A DNA stretch of 32,000 bases, from the NCBI GenBank assembly GCA_028700115.1, contig JAQVTI010000008.1, positions 1-32,000 of the forward strand. Reading direction: 5' to 3'. This DNA comes from Candidatus Iainarchaeum sp. Its GTDB lineage: Archaea; Iainarchaeota; Iainarchaeia; Iainarchaeales; CSSED10-239. Positions within the stretch are counted from its first letter, which is position 1. Every line of letters starts with the position of its first letter. Position numbers and translations under genes: made by a program. Below the pieces are notes generated by a model. That model made no database searches. It was not told the DNA's origin and was given only the letters and a program-made list of their open reading frames with translations. Positions 31,502-32,000 of this stretch are shown piece by piece.

Positions 31502-32000
31502 AAATTATCAACAAACTCATTAATTTCTTCAAAAGAAACACTACAACCTCTAAATTTAAAAGCATAAAGACTAGCTTTAATATTTTCTTTATTTAAATAT
31601 AAATCTTTTAAGAGTTTCTTTTTATATGCAAAAGCTAAAAGATCAACTGACCTAATTGCATTTACATTCCCAATAAGTTCTTTAAATTTAATATATTTAT
31701 TTTCATCAAAAGAAATTTTATTAGTATTATTTTTTCTTTTTAAAATTTTTAATAAACCATGAGGTTGTTCAATTAACATTCTTGTTGTTCTTTCATCAAC
31801 TGCTAAATAATTTGCATTTGTTAACCCTAAAAGAGCTAAACATTCTGCCTCTCCAAGTTGTATTATTTTTAAAGGTCTATTATTTATATAAAACATATTA
31901 TTTGTTAATTCTAATATTTTTTTTGTAACTTCATCTAATTCTTTACTACCTTTAAAAATGTTAAAAACATTAAAATTAATTTTTTCTTCAATTCTAATTC
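31498..32000 (-). CDS. PIN-like (COG2405/DUF3368-style) domain protein; reading frame open to the window edge
   Basis: LGEAECLALLGLTNANYLAVDERTTRML resembles the G-E-A-E/S-x-I-A-L-A ... D-D/E-R-x-x-R core of PIN-like proteins. That recognition is from memory only. I checked that the frame upstream of the track ATG (31896) stays open to 31998 (IRIEEKINFNVFNIFKGSKELDEVTKKILELTNN-M...). No SD precedes that ATG, so the true start probably lies outside the window. Confidence 0.4.
   Translation of the reverse strand, partial: IRIEEKINFNVFNIFKGSKELDEVTKKILELTNNMFYINNRPLKIIQLGEAECLALLGLTNANYLAVDERTTRMLIEQPHGLLKILKRKNNTNKISFDENKYIKFKELIGNVNAIRSVDLLAFAYKKKLLKDLYLNKENIKASLYAFKFRGCSVSFEEINEFVDNL

Noticed and set aside
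1-32000. Looked for CRISPR arrays, transposases/IS ends, integrases, rRNA genes and diversity-generating retroelement parts (reverse transcriptase, TR/VR pair) near the large surface genes
   Set aside because: I saw no regularly spaced 25-40-bp direct repeats and no RT-, transposase- or integrase-like ORF. I noticed no long near-identical repeat pair with A-specific mismatches. I cannot exclude distant TR/VR pairs without a computational self-alignment.

Overview
This is a very AT-rich, gene-dense window with archaeal hallmarks. It carries ribosomal protein L44e, a tRNA-Trp split by a bulge-helix-bulge intron, a textbook C/D box sRNA, an XPD/Rad3 helicase, a NurA-like nuclease and a HerA-like ATPase. 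Shine-Dalgarno-like GGTGA(T)/GGAGG boxes precede most ATG starts. The style fits a small-genome (DPANN-like) archaeon, but that is inference only.

Recognisable housekeeping genes are ppsA, htpX, lemA, an EFR1-type flavodoxin/ferredoxin, a beta-CASP MBL nuclease, an MFS-like transporter, a DUF4870 membrane protein and a divergent RpiA homolog. There are three tRNAs: Trp-CCA, Glu-CUC and Met/Ile2-CAU. I saw no rRNA, CRISPR array, transposase or integrase.

The best candidate for something undescribed is at the left end. A single 2,638-aa ORF (894..8810, minus) encodes a membrane-anchored giant envelope protein. It has stacked beta-sandwich repeats and an odd C-terminal module: a Cys-rich hydrophobic hairpin, a PVN linker, a coiled coil and a Gly-rich hydrophobic segment. 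A type IV pilin-like gene not present in the ORF track (1..710, minus) follows it co-directionally.

Other notable items:
- A 407-aa LAGLIDADG intein splits the Walker A loop of the HerA-like ATPase, which is start/stop-coupled to a polytopic membrane protein.
- nurA lies 12 kb away, with no mre11 or rad50 in the window.
- A family of secreted Cys-rich CGxGxC modules includes three near-identical 87-bp tandem repeats.
- A secreted protein carries tail-fibre-like 11-residue repeats.
- A stand-alone PEP-utilizer swivel domain sits next to an ORF with no ATG start.

Several ORF-track starts at GTG/TTG are really SD boxes, and I moved those starts to the downstream ATG.
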